Source: an uncultured Treponema sp. (GTDB lineage: Bacteria; Spirochaetota; Spirochaetia; Treponematales; Treponemataceae). From it: a stretch of DNA of 64,000 bases. A model generated the notes under the pieces. It was not told the origin of the DNA. It searched no databases and saw only the letters and a list, made by a program, of their open reading frames with translations. This document shows, piece after piece, positions 20,101 to 27,948 of the stretch (positions are counted from its first letter, which is position 1; each line of letters begins with the position of its first letter). The position numbers and the translations under genes were made by a program. Location of the stretch: assembly GCA_964429905.1 (NCBI GenBank), contig CAYSDV010000009.1, positions 16,378 to 80,377 on the forward strand, written 5' to 3'.

Positions 20101-20461
20101 ACTTAAAAACAGCCTTTTTCTTAATCCATTCGGCACACTCTTTTGCGACAGCTTTCTGATTCAACTCATTGCGAAGTTTTACTTCAAATTCAGTGCCGTA
20201 AAGGCTTCTTTCCCGATTTAGACGAGGTATATAAAACTCACGCTTTTCTTTTTTTGCTTTATCTACAACAAATGTCGGAGAGGTAAATATAAAACGAAGC
20301 TCATCAATATTCTTTAATTCATTTTTCAATTCCTGATATGCATAAATAGAAAAACAGGCCGCAGCAATAGAAACTTTGCTGCCAGGCTTTATTTCTTCCT
20401 TTATACTTTGGCTCAAAGTTTTATGCACATTATCAATAAATTCAGGCGATGACATATCCAT
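17171..20461 (-). CDS. SNF2-family helicase with an N-terminal PLD-like (HKD-less) region
   Basis: 1096 aa. Motifs are [15 protein letters not shown] (I), [12 protein letters not shown] (II), [14 protein letters not shown] (III) and [37 protein letters not shown] (V-VI). Confidence 0.8.
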   Translation of the reverse strand: [1096 protein letters not shown]

Positions 20462-20593
20462 TTTTTAAAACTCCGTTTTTCCATTCGTGAAGAACACAAC
20501 ACTCCCATTATATCACGAATTCGCCCTTTTTTTGAGATTAACCACTATAATTTAACAAAGTAATTCTACGCCTGAATATCTTGCAACCGATTT

Positions 20594-20782
20594 TTATTCA
20601 ACACCTTTCCCCGAACATTCCCCATCGCAGCAATCTTTTTGTTTCTTTGCGCAACAGGAAGATGAAGAACAAGATTTGCAGCAACTGTCTTTGTGTTTTA
20701 CTTTAAGAACTATCGCAAAGATAATTAATGCTGCAACAATAAGTCCTACAATCAAATCTGCAATTTTTATTCCAAAAATCAT
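20594..20782 (-). CDS. FeoB-associated Cys-rich membrane mini-protein
   Basis: I take the internal start MIFGIKIADLIVGLIVAALIIFAIVLKV..CCKSCSSSSCCAKKQKDCCDGEC. Its ATG overlaps the feoB stop (ATGA). The longer track ORF 20594..20872 would overlap feoB. Confidence 0.7.
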   Translation of the reverse strand: MIFGIKIADLIVGLIVAALIIFAIVLKVKHKDSCCKSCSSSSCCAKKQKDCCDGECSGKGVE

Positions 20783-23121
20783 ATTGCTCCAAAAAGTAAC
20801 ATTATCAATTTGATGATATAGCAAACAATCCAGGCAAACACGCATTGGAATACAACTATTCCGAATGCCCACTTTAAGCCGAGTTCATTTTTTACGGCGG
20901 CAACAGCTGCAACGCAAGGTGTGTAAATCAAAGAATATACAAGCATTATAATTACGGTAGAAGTTGTAAAGAATGCTTCAATTCCGGTTGTACCAAACAA
21001 AAGTTCCATTGTTGCAACTACGCTTTCTTTTGCCATAAATCCACTGATAAGTGAAGTGCAAATTCTCCAGTCACCAAGTCCGATTGGCTTAAAAAGCGGA
21101 ACAAAAATGCCAGAAACTTTTGCCATAATGGAATCGCTTGAATCTTGAACAAGATTAAAATGAATGTCAAAGCGCTGCAAAAACCAGACAACAACTGTTG
21201 CAATAAGAATTATAGAAAATGCCCTTACAATAAAATCTTTTGATTTTTCCCACAAAAGTTGCAGAACATTTCTGGCACTTGGAAGTCTGTAATTAGGAAG
21301 TTCCATTACAAACGGAACAGCTTCTCCTTTGAATAATGTCCGTCTGTAAATAAGAGCAACAAGAATCGCATTCAAAATTCCAAACAAATAAAGGCAAGTC
21401 ATTACAAGTCCTCCTTTGCCAGGAAAAAATGCACTCGTAAAAAAAGCATAAATTGGAAGTTTTGCGGTGCAACTCATAAATGGCGTAAGAAGAATTGTCA
21501 TTTTTCTATCCCGCTCACTTGGCAAAGTTCTTGTAGACATAATCGCAGGAACTGAACAACCAAAGCCAATCAACATCGGAACAATACTTCTTCCGGAAAG
21601 TCCGATTTTTCTGAGCAACTTATCCATAACAAACGCAACACGCGCAATGTAACCGGAATCTTCAAGCAATGACAAGAACAAAAACAATATTACAATTATC
21701 GGTAAGAAACTCAAAACGCTTCCGACGCCGGAAAATATTCCGTCGATAATCAAACTGTGCAATGTTTGATTGACATCAAGTTGCGTCAACGCTCCGTCCG
21801 TTATATTAGTTAAGTAAGTGATTCCTTTATCAAGCAAATCTTGAAAAAACGCTCCAATCACATTGAACGTTAAGTAAAAAATCAAAAGCATTATACTGAT
21901 GAATGTTGGAATTGCCGTGAATTTTCCTGTAAAAATTTTATCAAGTTTTTCACTTCTGATTCGTTCTTTGCTTTCTTTTGGTTTTGAAACACACTGTGCA
22001 CACATTTTTGAAATAAATGAAAAACGCATTTCGGCAATCGCTGCGCTGCGGTCAAGTCCACATTCATTTTCCATTTGCAAAACAATGTGCTCAATGGCTT
22101 CTTTTTCGTTTTCATCAAGTCCAAGTTTTTGAATGATGAGCGAATCGCCCTCGATAATTTTTGAAGCCGCAAATATTCCGGGAATATCAACTTTTTTAGC
22201 ATGATCTTCAATCAGATGATATATAGAATGGCGTGCCCGGTGAACTGCGCCGTTGTTGTCGTTCGGATCGCACAAATCTTTCTGAAATGGTTTTTCCTGA
22301 TAATGAGCGATGTGAATTGCATGCTTTATCAATTCTTCAATTCCTTGATTTTTGCTTGCAGAAATTGGAACAACCGGAACGCCAAGAAAGTTTTCCATTG
22401 CGTTGATGTCAATCGAACCGCCATTTCCTGTAACTTCGTCCATCATATTCAAAGCGATTACAATCGGAACTTCCATTTCCAGCAGCTGCATTGTAAGATA
22501 CAAATTCCGCTCGATATTTGAAGCATCAACAATATTGATTATCGCATTCGGTTTTTCATCAAGAACAAAATTCCTTGAAATAAGTTCTTCACTTGAATAC
22601 GGCGACATTGAATAAATTCCAGGTAAATCAGTTACCCGCGTGTTTGGATGCCCGATTATAGCTCCATCTTTTCGGTCAACTGTAACTCCCGGAAAATTGC
22701 CGACATGTTGATTGGAGCCGGTAAGCCTGTTGAAAAGAGTTGTCTTTCCGCAGTTTTGGTTGCCAACAAGCGCATAAGTTAAAATTGTATCATTCGGTAA
22801 AGGATGTTCGTGTTTGCCATCATGAAAAATTCCGTCTTCGCCATATCCAGGATGAAAAACTTTTTCAGATTTAGGTTTTTCAACTTTTGTAAGTTCAGGG
22901 ATTTTTTCAATTTCAATTTTAGCAGCGTCGTCTTTTCGTAATGTCAATTCATATCCGTGAATATTGAATTCCAAAGGGTCGCCCATTGGTGCCGTTTTTA
23001 CAAATTGAAGTTCGGCTTTAGGAAGAATTCCCATATCAAGAAAATGCTGACGCAACGCACCACTTCCGCCAACCTTTTTTATTTTTGCACATTCACCAAC
23101 AGACAATTCATTAAGTTTCAA
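20779..23121 (-). CDS. feoB: ferrous iron transporter, FeoA-FeoB fusion
   Basis: 780 aa. The N-terminal FeoA-like SH3 region is LSVGECAKIKKVGGSGALRQHFLDMGI. G1 motif is ALVGNQNCGKTTLFNRLTG. The C-terminus is polytopic membrane domain. Confidence 0.9.
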   Translation of the reverse strand: MKLNELSVGECAKIKKVGGSGALRQHFLDMGILPKAELQFVKTAPMGDPLEFNIHGYELTLRKDDAAKIEIEKIPELTKVEKPKSEKVFHPGYGEDGIFHDGKHEHPLPNDTILTYALVGNQNCGKTTLFNRLTGSNQHVGNFPGVTVDRKDGAIIGHPNTRVTDLPGIYSMSPYSSEELISRNFVLDEKPNAIINIVDASNIERNLYLTMQLLEMEVPIVIALNMMDEVTGNGGSIDINAMENFLGVPVVPISASKNQGIEELIKHAIHIAHYQEKPFQKDLCDPNDNNGAVHRARHSIYHLIEDHAKKVDIPGIFAASKIIEGDSLIIQKLGLDENEKEAIEHIVLQMENECGLDRSAAIAEMRFSFISKMCAQCVSKPKESKERIRSEKLDKIFTGKFTAIPTFISIMLLIFYLTFNVIGAFFQDLLDKGITYLTNITDGALTQLDVNQTLHSLIIDGIFSGVGSVLSFLPIIVILFLFLSLLEDSGYIARVAFVMDKLLRKIGLSGRSIVPMLIGFGCSVPAIMSTRTLPSERDRKMTILLTPFMSCTAKLPIYAFFTSAFFPGKGGLVMTCLYLFGILNAILVALIYRRTLFKGEAVPFVMELPNYRLPSARNVLQLLWEKSKDFIVRAFSIILIATVVVWFLQRFDIHFNLVQDSSDSIMAKVSGIFVPLFKPIGLGDWRICTSLISGFMAKESVVATMELLFGTTGIEAFFTTSTVIIMLVYSLIYTPCVAAVAAVKNELGLKWAFGIVVFQCVFAWIVCYIIKLIMLLFGAI

Positions 23122-23361
23122 TTTTAGCTCCTATTTAATCTTTAAAGTTGAAGTCAATTTTATCAAACTATATTTAGTCAAAACACAAACATTTGCAGTT
23201 TTTCATTTCTGTTTTGATTTAATATTTTCATAGAGATTTCTTTAATTTACATATTAACTGATTTTTAAAAGAAAAGATGTAAAAAAGCAAGACAGTTTGC
23301 AATGAAATGAGGATACAAAAAAAGGAGATTAAATTTGCCTTACTTTACTTTTTTTTTACAA

Positions 23362-23940
23362 TTATCTTCTGCCAAAATAGCGACAAACTTTTTTATTATA
23401 TTGAAGATATTCAGCTCCAAACGCTTCTTTCAAAAATTCTTCTTCCACATTTACAATCTGCAAATGAAAAAGCAATACTGCAAAAACTGTCGCAACAAAC
23501 AAATACCAATTGAAATATGTAAATAAAATTCCAATATATATAAGGTCAAATCCCAAAAATGCGGGATTTCGACTGACAGAATATATGCCTGTCGTAACAA
23601 GATTTGTTTTTTCTTCCCTTTGCACACCTGCTCGCCAGTTGTCTTTCATCTGCAATACGGATGCAATAAATACAAAAACACCTGTTGCAGTTATCAAAAT
23701 CCCGACTATCCGCAATGATATATGAATATTTCCTTCATAAAAAAATATGCTGCCAAGTTGAATTATCGGAATTATGTACGTTGTTATTTTCAACGCGATT
23801 TCTATAAATTTAACAAAGCCTTTCTTTCCTTTTCCAAGCTGATCTGTTTGTATTCCCTTTTTCCGCTGACTTATCATTTTTGCAAAGTAGCAAATATAAA
23901 ACGCCGCCATCAATAAAAGTGTAAATAATTTTATTAGCAT
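23362..23940 (-). CDS. isoprenylcysteine carboxyl methyltransferase (ICMT/PEMT)-family membrane protein
   Basis: 192 aa, multi-TM. LVTTGIYSVSRNPAFLGFDLIYIG is the family signature region. Confidence 0.65.
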   Translation of the reverse strand: MLIKLFTLLLMAAFYICYFAKMISQRKKGIQTDQLGKGKKGFVKFIEIALKITTYIIPIIQLGSIFFYEGNIHISLRIVGILITATGVFVFIASVLQMKDNWRAGVQREEKTNLVTTGIYSVSRNPAFLGFDLIYIGILFTYFNWYLFVATVFAVLLFHLQIVNVEEEFLKEAFGAEYLQYNKKVCRYFGRR

Positions 23941-24196
23941 TATAAGATTCCTTTTAGATTGTTCATAAATAAACTTGTTTGTTATAAAAAATTATATAAC
24001 GTGACTGACATTTATATAATATTAAAATATCATGTTATCGAAAAATCTTAGTATATTTTTATAAAATAAAATCACCCGTTTAAAGATGATTTGAAATTTT
24101 GTATTAATCCGTCTTCAGAGTTCAGCGGCTCAGACAGCTTTGGAAAACGGTGTGGCAACTCTCGTAAAACAGTAAAAGTAGTCTAAAAACAATAAA

Positions 24197-24228
24197 GCCG
24201 TCCAAAACTGGGCGGCTGTTTTATTTTT
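24197..24228. terminator. bidirectional rho-independent terminator
   Basis: GCCGTCC-aaaact-GGGCGGC (7 bp with one G-U pair), followed by TGTTTTATTTTT on the + strand and by T-rich sequence on the minus strand. Confidence 0.5.
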
Positions 24229-24311
24229 ACTCACTTATTGACATTCCGTCATCATTGGAAATGGATTTATAAATAGGCTTTTTGGATTATTTTTCTTTAG
24301 CACTTTGAGTT

Positions 24312-24461
24312 TTATATGTGTCTAACAAAGTTTACTTCCGTTTGCACTGCTATAGCTTTTATTTTTTTATAGTTCCTTAGCTGATTGAGAGCCTCACCTT
24401 CAAAATACCTGAGTTTATTTATCTCATTCATTCTTTGAGTAATTTCGTGATAATCGGTCAT
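24312..24461 (-). CDS. small hypothetical ORF (49 aa), not in the ORF track
   Basis: Hand translation gives MTDYHEITQRMNEINKLRYFEGEALNQLRNYKKIKAIAVQTEVNFVRHI. SD-like GGTGAAGGTG lies directly upstream and the terminator above lies downstream. Confidence 0.25.
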   Translation of the reverse strand: MTDYHEITQRMNEINKLRYFEGEALNQLRNYKKIKAIAVQTEVNFVRHI

Positions 24462-24563
24462 ACACCTTCACCTTTTTGTTGTTAATAAATTTATTGAACA
24501 AATAAAAAACCAAAACATCAATCTTAGTCGAAATTGAAAACTATATAGGATATAGAAATATAA

Positions 24564-24593
24564 TTGACAAAAATACCTACAAATATATACAAT
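24564..24593 (+). promoter_or_regulatory. sigma-70-type promoter candidate for the 24622 operon
   Basis: TTGACA (24564-24569), an 18-nt spacer, then TACAAT (24588-24593). Confidence 0.4.
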
Positions 24594-24621
24594 AAAGAGA
24601 AAAGTAGGCAAGGAGGTACTT

Positions 24622-24936
24622 ATGAAAATTTATTCTTCATTGCTCAAAGGATTTCTTTCTGATGAACTTGAAAGAACGAACAGAATGCTTTTAAGATATT
24701 CAGAACAATTAAAATCTTATCCAAAAGGCTCTGTATATATAAAAAAATCTGGAAAGCAAAAATATATATATCGAGTACACAGAGAAGATAATCGAGTTAT
24801 CTCCGAATGTCTTGGCAATATTAACGATGTCAATTCTGATGAAATCTTTATGCAAGCAGAAAGTCGAAAAAATATAGAAAACATCATAGCTGATTTACTC
24901 GTTGAGAAGAAAGACTTGGAGAAAATATTAAGATGA
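24622..24936 (+). CDS. hypothetical protein, upstream partner of the nucleotidyltransferase-fold protein
   Basis: 104 aa. Strong SD (AAGGAGG) and a 4-nt ATGA overlap with the next gene. Confidence 0.4.
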   Translation: MKIYSSLLKGFLSDELERTNRMLLRYSEQLKSYPKGSVYIKKSGKQKYIYRVHREDNRVISECLGNINDVNSDEIFMQAESRKNIENIIADLLVEKKDLEKILR

Positions 24937-25604
24937 CAAATGAACAGGAAGTAGACTTTTGGAAAACCATAGAAAGTCTTGACCGGTTAGAATTATTACC
25001 GAACTTAGTAGTTATTGGAAGTTGGGCGGAATATCTATATCAAGATTATTTTAACACTGAATATATTGCCAATATTCACACAAGAGATTTAGATTTTTTA
25101 TATCCAAATATTCACAAACCGACAAGAAAAATAAATCTAATTCTAGAAATGGAAAAACTGGGATTTGTACATGATAATGTCAGGGATGGAGTTTCTACTT
25201 TCTATAAAAAAGATTCTCTTGAAGTTGAATTTCTTACAAGAATTTTGGGTGCAGGAGACCATATTTCCACTTACATTGAACCTATCGGCATAAAAGCAGA
25301 TGGAATTCGAGATCTAAATATATTTGCTGGAAATACACTTGCAATTTCAACACATGGGTTTACAGTTTTTGTTCCTGAACCTGCCTGTTATGCAATTCAA
25401 AAAATACTAATAAATCCAACAAGACTTCCAGAATACAAACAAGGACCAGATATAGAAAAAGTTCGCAGATTATTACCACACATTGCACAAGATTATAATC
25501 AAATAAAAAGATTCTCCGAAATTTACAGCAAACTTACAAAAAAACAGATTGCAATATTTAAAAAGTTTGCGAAGGAAATAACTTGCAAATATGTCAAAAC
25601 ATAA
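24933..25604 (+). CDS. nucleotidyltransferase-fold protein (AbiEii/GSU2403-like, tentative)
   Basis: 223 aa. VVIGSWAEYLY...TRDLDFLY fits the G-S...D-x-D motif of minimal nucleotidyltransferases. Confidence 0.4.
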   Translation: MTNEQEVDFWKTIESLDRLELLPNLVVIGSWAEYLYQDYFNTEYIANIHTRDLDFLYPNIHKPTRKINLILEMEKLGFVHDNVRDGVSTFYKKDSLEVEFLTRILGAGDHISTYIEPIGIKADGIRDLNIFAGNTLAISTHGFTVFVPEPACYAIQKILINPTRLPEYKQGPDIEKVRRLLPHIAQDYNQIKRFSEIYSKLTKKQIAIFKKFAKEITCKYVKT

Positions 25605-25720
25605 TATCTTTAGGCAATAAACTTAATGGACTTAATAAAACATCAGAGAGAACAAACAATCTTCCTCCTCATCCTGATGACCATCCTTCACCATCCGATT
25701 AGCCTATTTTACACAAAACT

Positions 25721-25939
25721 CTAAAAGTTTATACAAAAACGATTGATATGCATTGCATAAATTGTATTTTCTACTTTTTTGTTCAAACAAAGATTTCCGC
25801 TTTCTGCAAATTTTTCATAATCATAAAATATGATTTCAAAATTTCCATTTTTTGTGGCTGCATCAAATTCTTTTTGAAAACAAATGTCAACTTGCTTTAT
25901 AGAAAACATTTCACATGGAAAAAGAATCGCATCTATCAT
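25721..25939 (-). pseudogene. probable truncated N-terminal fragment of an ATP-grasp-like protein
   Basis: 72 aa, MIDAILFPCEMFSIKQVDICFQKEFDAATKNGNFEIIFYDYEKF... It resembles N-termini of ~250-aa ATP-grasp proteins as I recall them and ends abruptly. Low certainty. Confidence 0.25.
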
Positions 25940-25944
25940 TTCTT

Positions 25945-25952
25945 CCCCCCCC
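25945..25952 (-). repeat. G8 homopolymer (C8 on + strand) 5 nt upstream of the 25939 start codon
   Basis: The minus strand reads GGTAGGGGGGGGAAGAAATG. Confidence 0.9.
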
Positions 25953-25962
25953 TACCATCTTG

Positions 25963-26523
25963 TTATCCCAAAATAACATCCGCAATCGGAGACAACGCAT
26001 TAAAATCAACAAAGTTCACTACAGAATTATAAGTTTCAATCATTGCTCTTGTTTCAGCATCTTTTTCCGCTTCCGGCAGATTTTTTGCCTTGTGATACAA
26101 AAGCCCCATCATCGTTTTGTGCGCAATTTTCAATTTTGAATAATCGATTCCGCCCCTTAAATGAAAAATCTCCGCCTTTTCAAAAATTTCGTCCGAAAGC
26201 TGCCTTTTCATTCCTTTTTTTATATTACAAATATTTTCCGCATCCAAAGGATCTGCAAGCCCGACCGTCGCAATAATTATTTTTTTGCTTTTCCACCAGC
26301 CGCAACCTCCAACGGCTTCCAGCCTTTTAAAAGTTTTTGCCATTCCCAAAACTCCGCCGGCATACAGCGCACCCACATACACAATTGTCTCGCATTCCGC
26401 AATTTCCCGGGGATTTTTCACATCTTCAAAATCAACCGCTTTTATTAAAGTTCTTTTTGACAATTCTTCCGCATACATTTTTGCAGTTCCATAACAAGAA
26501 CCATAAATTATAATTTTATTCAT
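25963..26523 (-). CDS. flavodoxin-domain protein (HemG-like long form)
   Basis: 186 aa. N-terminus is MNKIIIYGSCYGTAKMYAEELSKR. Confidence 0.6.
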   Translation of the reverse strand: MNKIIIYGSCYGTAKMYAEELSKRTLIKAVDFEDVKNPREIAECETIVYVGALYAGGVLGMAKTFKRLEAVGGCGWWKSKKIIIATVGLADPLDAENICNIKKGMKRQLSDEIFEKAEIFHLRGGIDYSKLKIAHKTMMGLLYHKAKNLPEAEKDAETRAMIETYNSVVNFVDFNALSPIADVILG

Positions 26524-26561
26524 AAAATATCACCGCAGATTTTTCAAATAATATTTTTTAT

Positions 26562-26676
26562 GGCAGTCCCCGCCTTCGGCGGGTCGGGCTTTCCGGTGTT
26601 CCGGCATCCGCCTGCATTACTCGCTTCGCTCGCAACGCGCCTTCGGCGCGCACCTACAATCCCTACTGCAGAACGC
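26562..26676 (+). repeat. GC-rich structured intergenic element, copy A (ncRNA or REP-like)
   Basis: About 115 nt. It contains CCCGCC-TTCG-GGCGGG and GCGCGCC-TTCG-GCGCGC hairpins. It is homologous to 48552-48664 in the same orientation. Confidence 0.6.
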
Positions 26677-26718
26677 TAACAAAAAACTTTCCACCCAAAA
26701 AACGCCCAACCGCTCTTT

Positions 26719-27255
26719 TTATGAATGCTCCTTTACATATTGCAAAAATTCAGGCGTCTTCGACCAATATTTTATGCCCCAATTTTCAAAATTCCATTCT
26801 TCCATATAATCATTACATTCAAAATCCACATAATAGATTTCATCATTACAAACCACAAAATTTGTAGGAAAATAATCAATATTCAGCTTTGCGGAATATA
26901 ACGCTTTGCACATTCTCTGCAACTGTTCAATATAAACAGGCTTCATTTTATCATTCAAAACAAATTCAAAAATTGTATCGCCATCAATAAATTCTTTTAA
27001 AATACGTTCGTTTTCTTCATCAATTTCCAACATTGCAGGCATTTTTATTCCAACCGCTTTCAAACGCTCGTAATCTCTTTTTTCTGCTTCCAATTTGTTT
27101 CCGAACTGATAATAATCGCAAGGCTCATGGTGTATCTGCTTTAACACATAGCGTTTTGCGCCGTCTTCCGCTAAATAAGAATATCCGCCCTTCCCTTTTC
27201 CCAACTGTTTTACGATTTTATAATTCTTCCCGTTCACAGACAATTCTTTTTCCAC
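26719..27255 (-). CDS. small protein-kinase-like protein
   Basis: 178 aa. Glycine loop LGKGKGGYSY followed by RYVLKQI (candidate catalytic Lys). Confidence 0.45.
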   Translation of the reverse strand: MEKELSVNGKNYKIVKQLGKGKGGYSYLAEDGAKRYVLKQIHHEPCDYYQFGNKLEAEKRDYERLKAVGIKMPAMLEIDEENERILKEFIDGDTIFEFVLNDKMKPVYIEQLQRMCKALYSAKLNIDYFPTNFVVCNDEIYYVDFECNDYMEEWNFENWGIKYWSKTPEFLQYVKEHS

Positions 27256-27310
27256 AACAACTTCTCCATAAATTTAAAAATAAAATCTTATGCGGCCAAA
27301 ACTTAAATTA

Positions 27311-27883
27311 TTAATCCGCAAAAATCCACACATTCAAAATCATATTTTCATTTTTCGAATTCTCCGGCTCACTGCGATTCTGCTGAATTTCGCCAACCTT
27401 CAGAACGCCGCCAGACAAATCAACTTGCGCAGAATACAGAACATTACTTTTCCAATACAAAGTTCCTTCAACTTTTATAAAATATTTTCCGTCCGCAACT
27501 TTATTTCCGCTCGAATCCGTTAAATCCCAAATAAATTTCTGACTTCCGTTCTTTAAAGTCGCGGCGCTTACAGCATCAATTTCTTTATCAGAAAGCGAAT
27601 CCGGATTTACAGCAGCAACCCAATGAACAAGAGCGTTTTCGCGCTTTCTGTAACCGCGCTTTTTTGCAGTAAAATCCGAAACATAAACAGTTTTTACAAC
27701 TTTTCCGCTTTCATCTTCAACCCAAACCGCAGTTTGATTTGTCGCAAGAGAAAAAGCCTTTTTATAATCAAAACTTATTTCCACAACCGAAGAAACACTT
27801 CCTTCTTTTTCAGCAAAAACATTTCCACTAAAAAAAATTCCTGAAATCAAAGCAAAAACCGGCAAAATAATCTTTTTTTTCAT
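27311..27883 (-). CDS. secreted DUF2271-like protein
   Basis: 190 aa. Signal peptide is MKKKIILPVFALISGIFFSGNVFA. Also has AVWVEDESGKVVKTVYV...DAVSAATL...GKYFIKVEG. Confidence 0.5.
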   Translation of the reverse strand: MKKKIILPVFALISGIFFSGNVFAEKEGSVSSVVEISFDYKKAFSLATNQTAVWVEDESGKVVKTVYVSDFTAKKRGYRKRENALVHWVAAVNPDSLSDKEIDAVSAATLKNGSQKFIWDLTDSSGNKVADGKYFIKVEGTLYWKSNVLYSAQVDLSGGVLKVGEIQQNRSEPENSKNENMILNVWIFAD

Positions 27884-27948
27884 AAAAACTCCTATCTTGA
27901 ATTCATTATAAATGAACTACTAAGTTTTAACAAAAAAAATTCTATTTT

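Noticed and set aside
17171-20461. Active phospholipase-D (HKD) nuclease domain at the SNF2 helicase N-terminus.
   Set aside because: The N-terminal layout resembles PLD-like helicase fusions, but I could not find an HxK(x)4D motif. It is therefore reported only as PLD-like/HKD-less.
20783-20872. N-terminal 30-aa extension of the Cys-rich mini-protein ORF.
   Set aside because: It would overlap the 3' end of feoB by 94 nt. The internal ATG overlapping the feoB stop (ATGA) gives the typical TM-plus-Cys-rich FeoB-associated protein.
23122-23361. Fur box upstream of feoAB.
   Set aside because: I looked for a GATAATGATAATCATTATC-like 19-mer and found only generic AT-rich sequence with no convincing dyad.
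24075-24235. Possible + strand small RNA ending at the 24197-24228 terminator.
   Set aside because: Only the terminator is clear, and it also serves the minus-strand small ORF. I saw no convincing promoter and no recognisable RNA family.
26562-26676. The GC-rich element as a tRNA or a small CDS.
   Set aside because: I could not fold a cloverleaf with a T-loop (GTTCRA) or anticodon arm. There is no ORF with a start and SD, and the second copy differs by indels that would break a frame.
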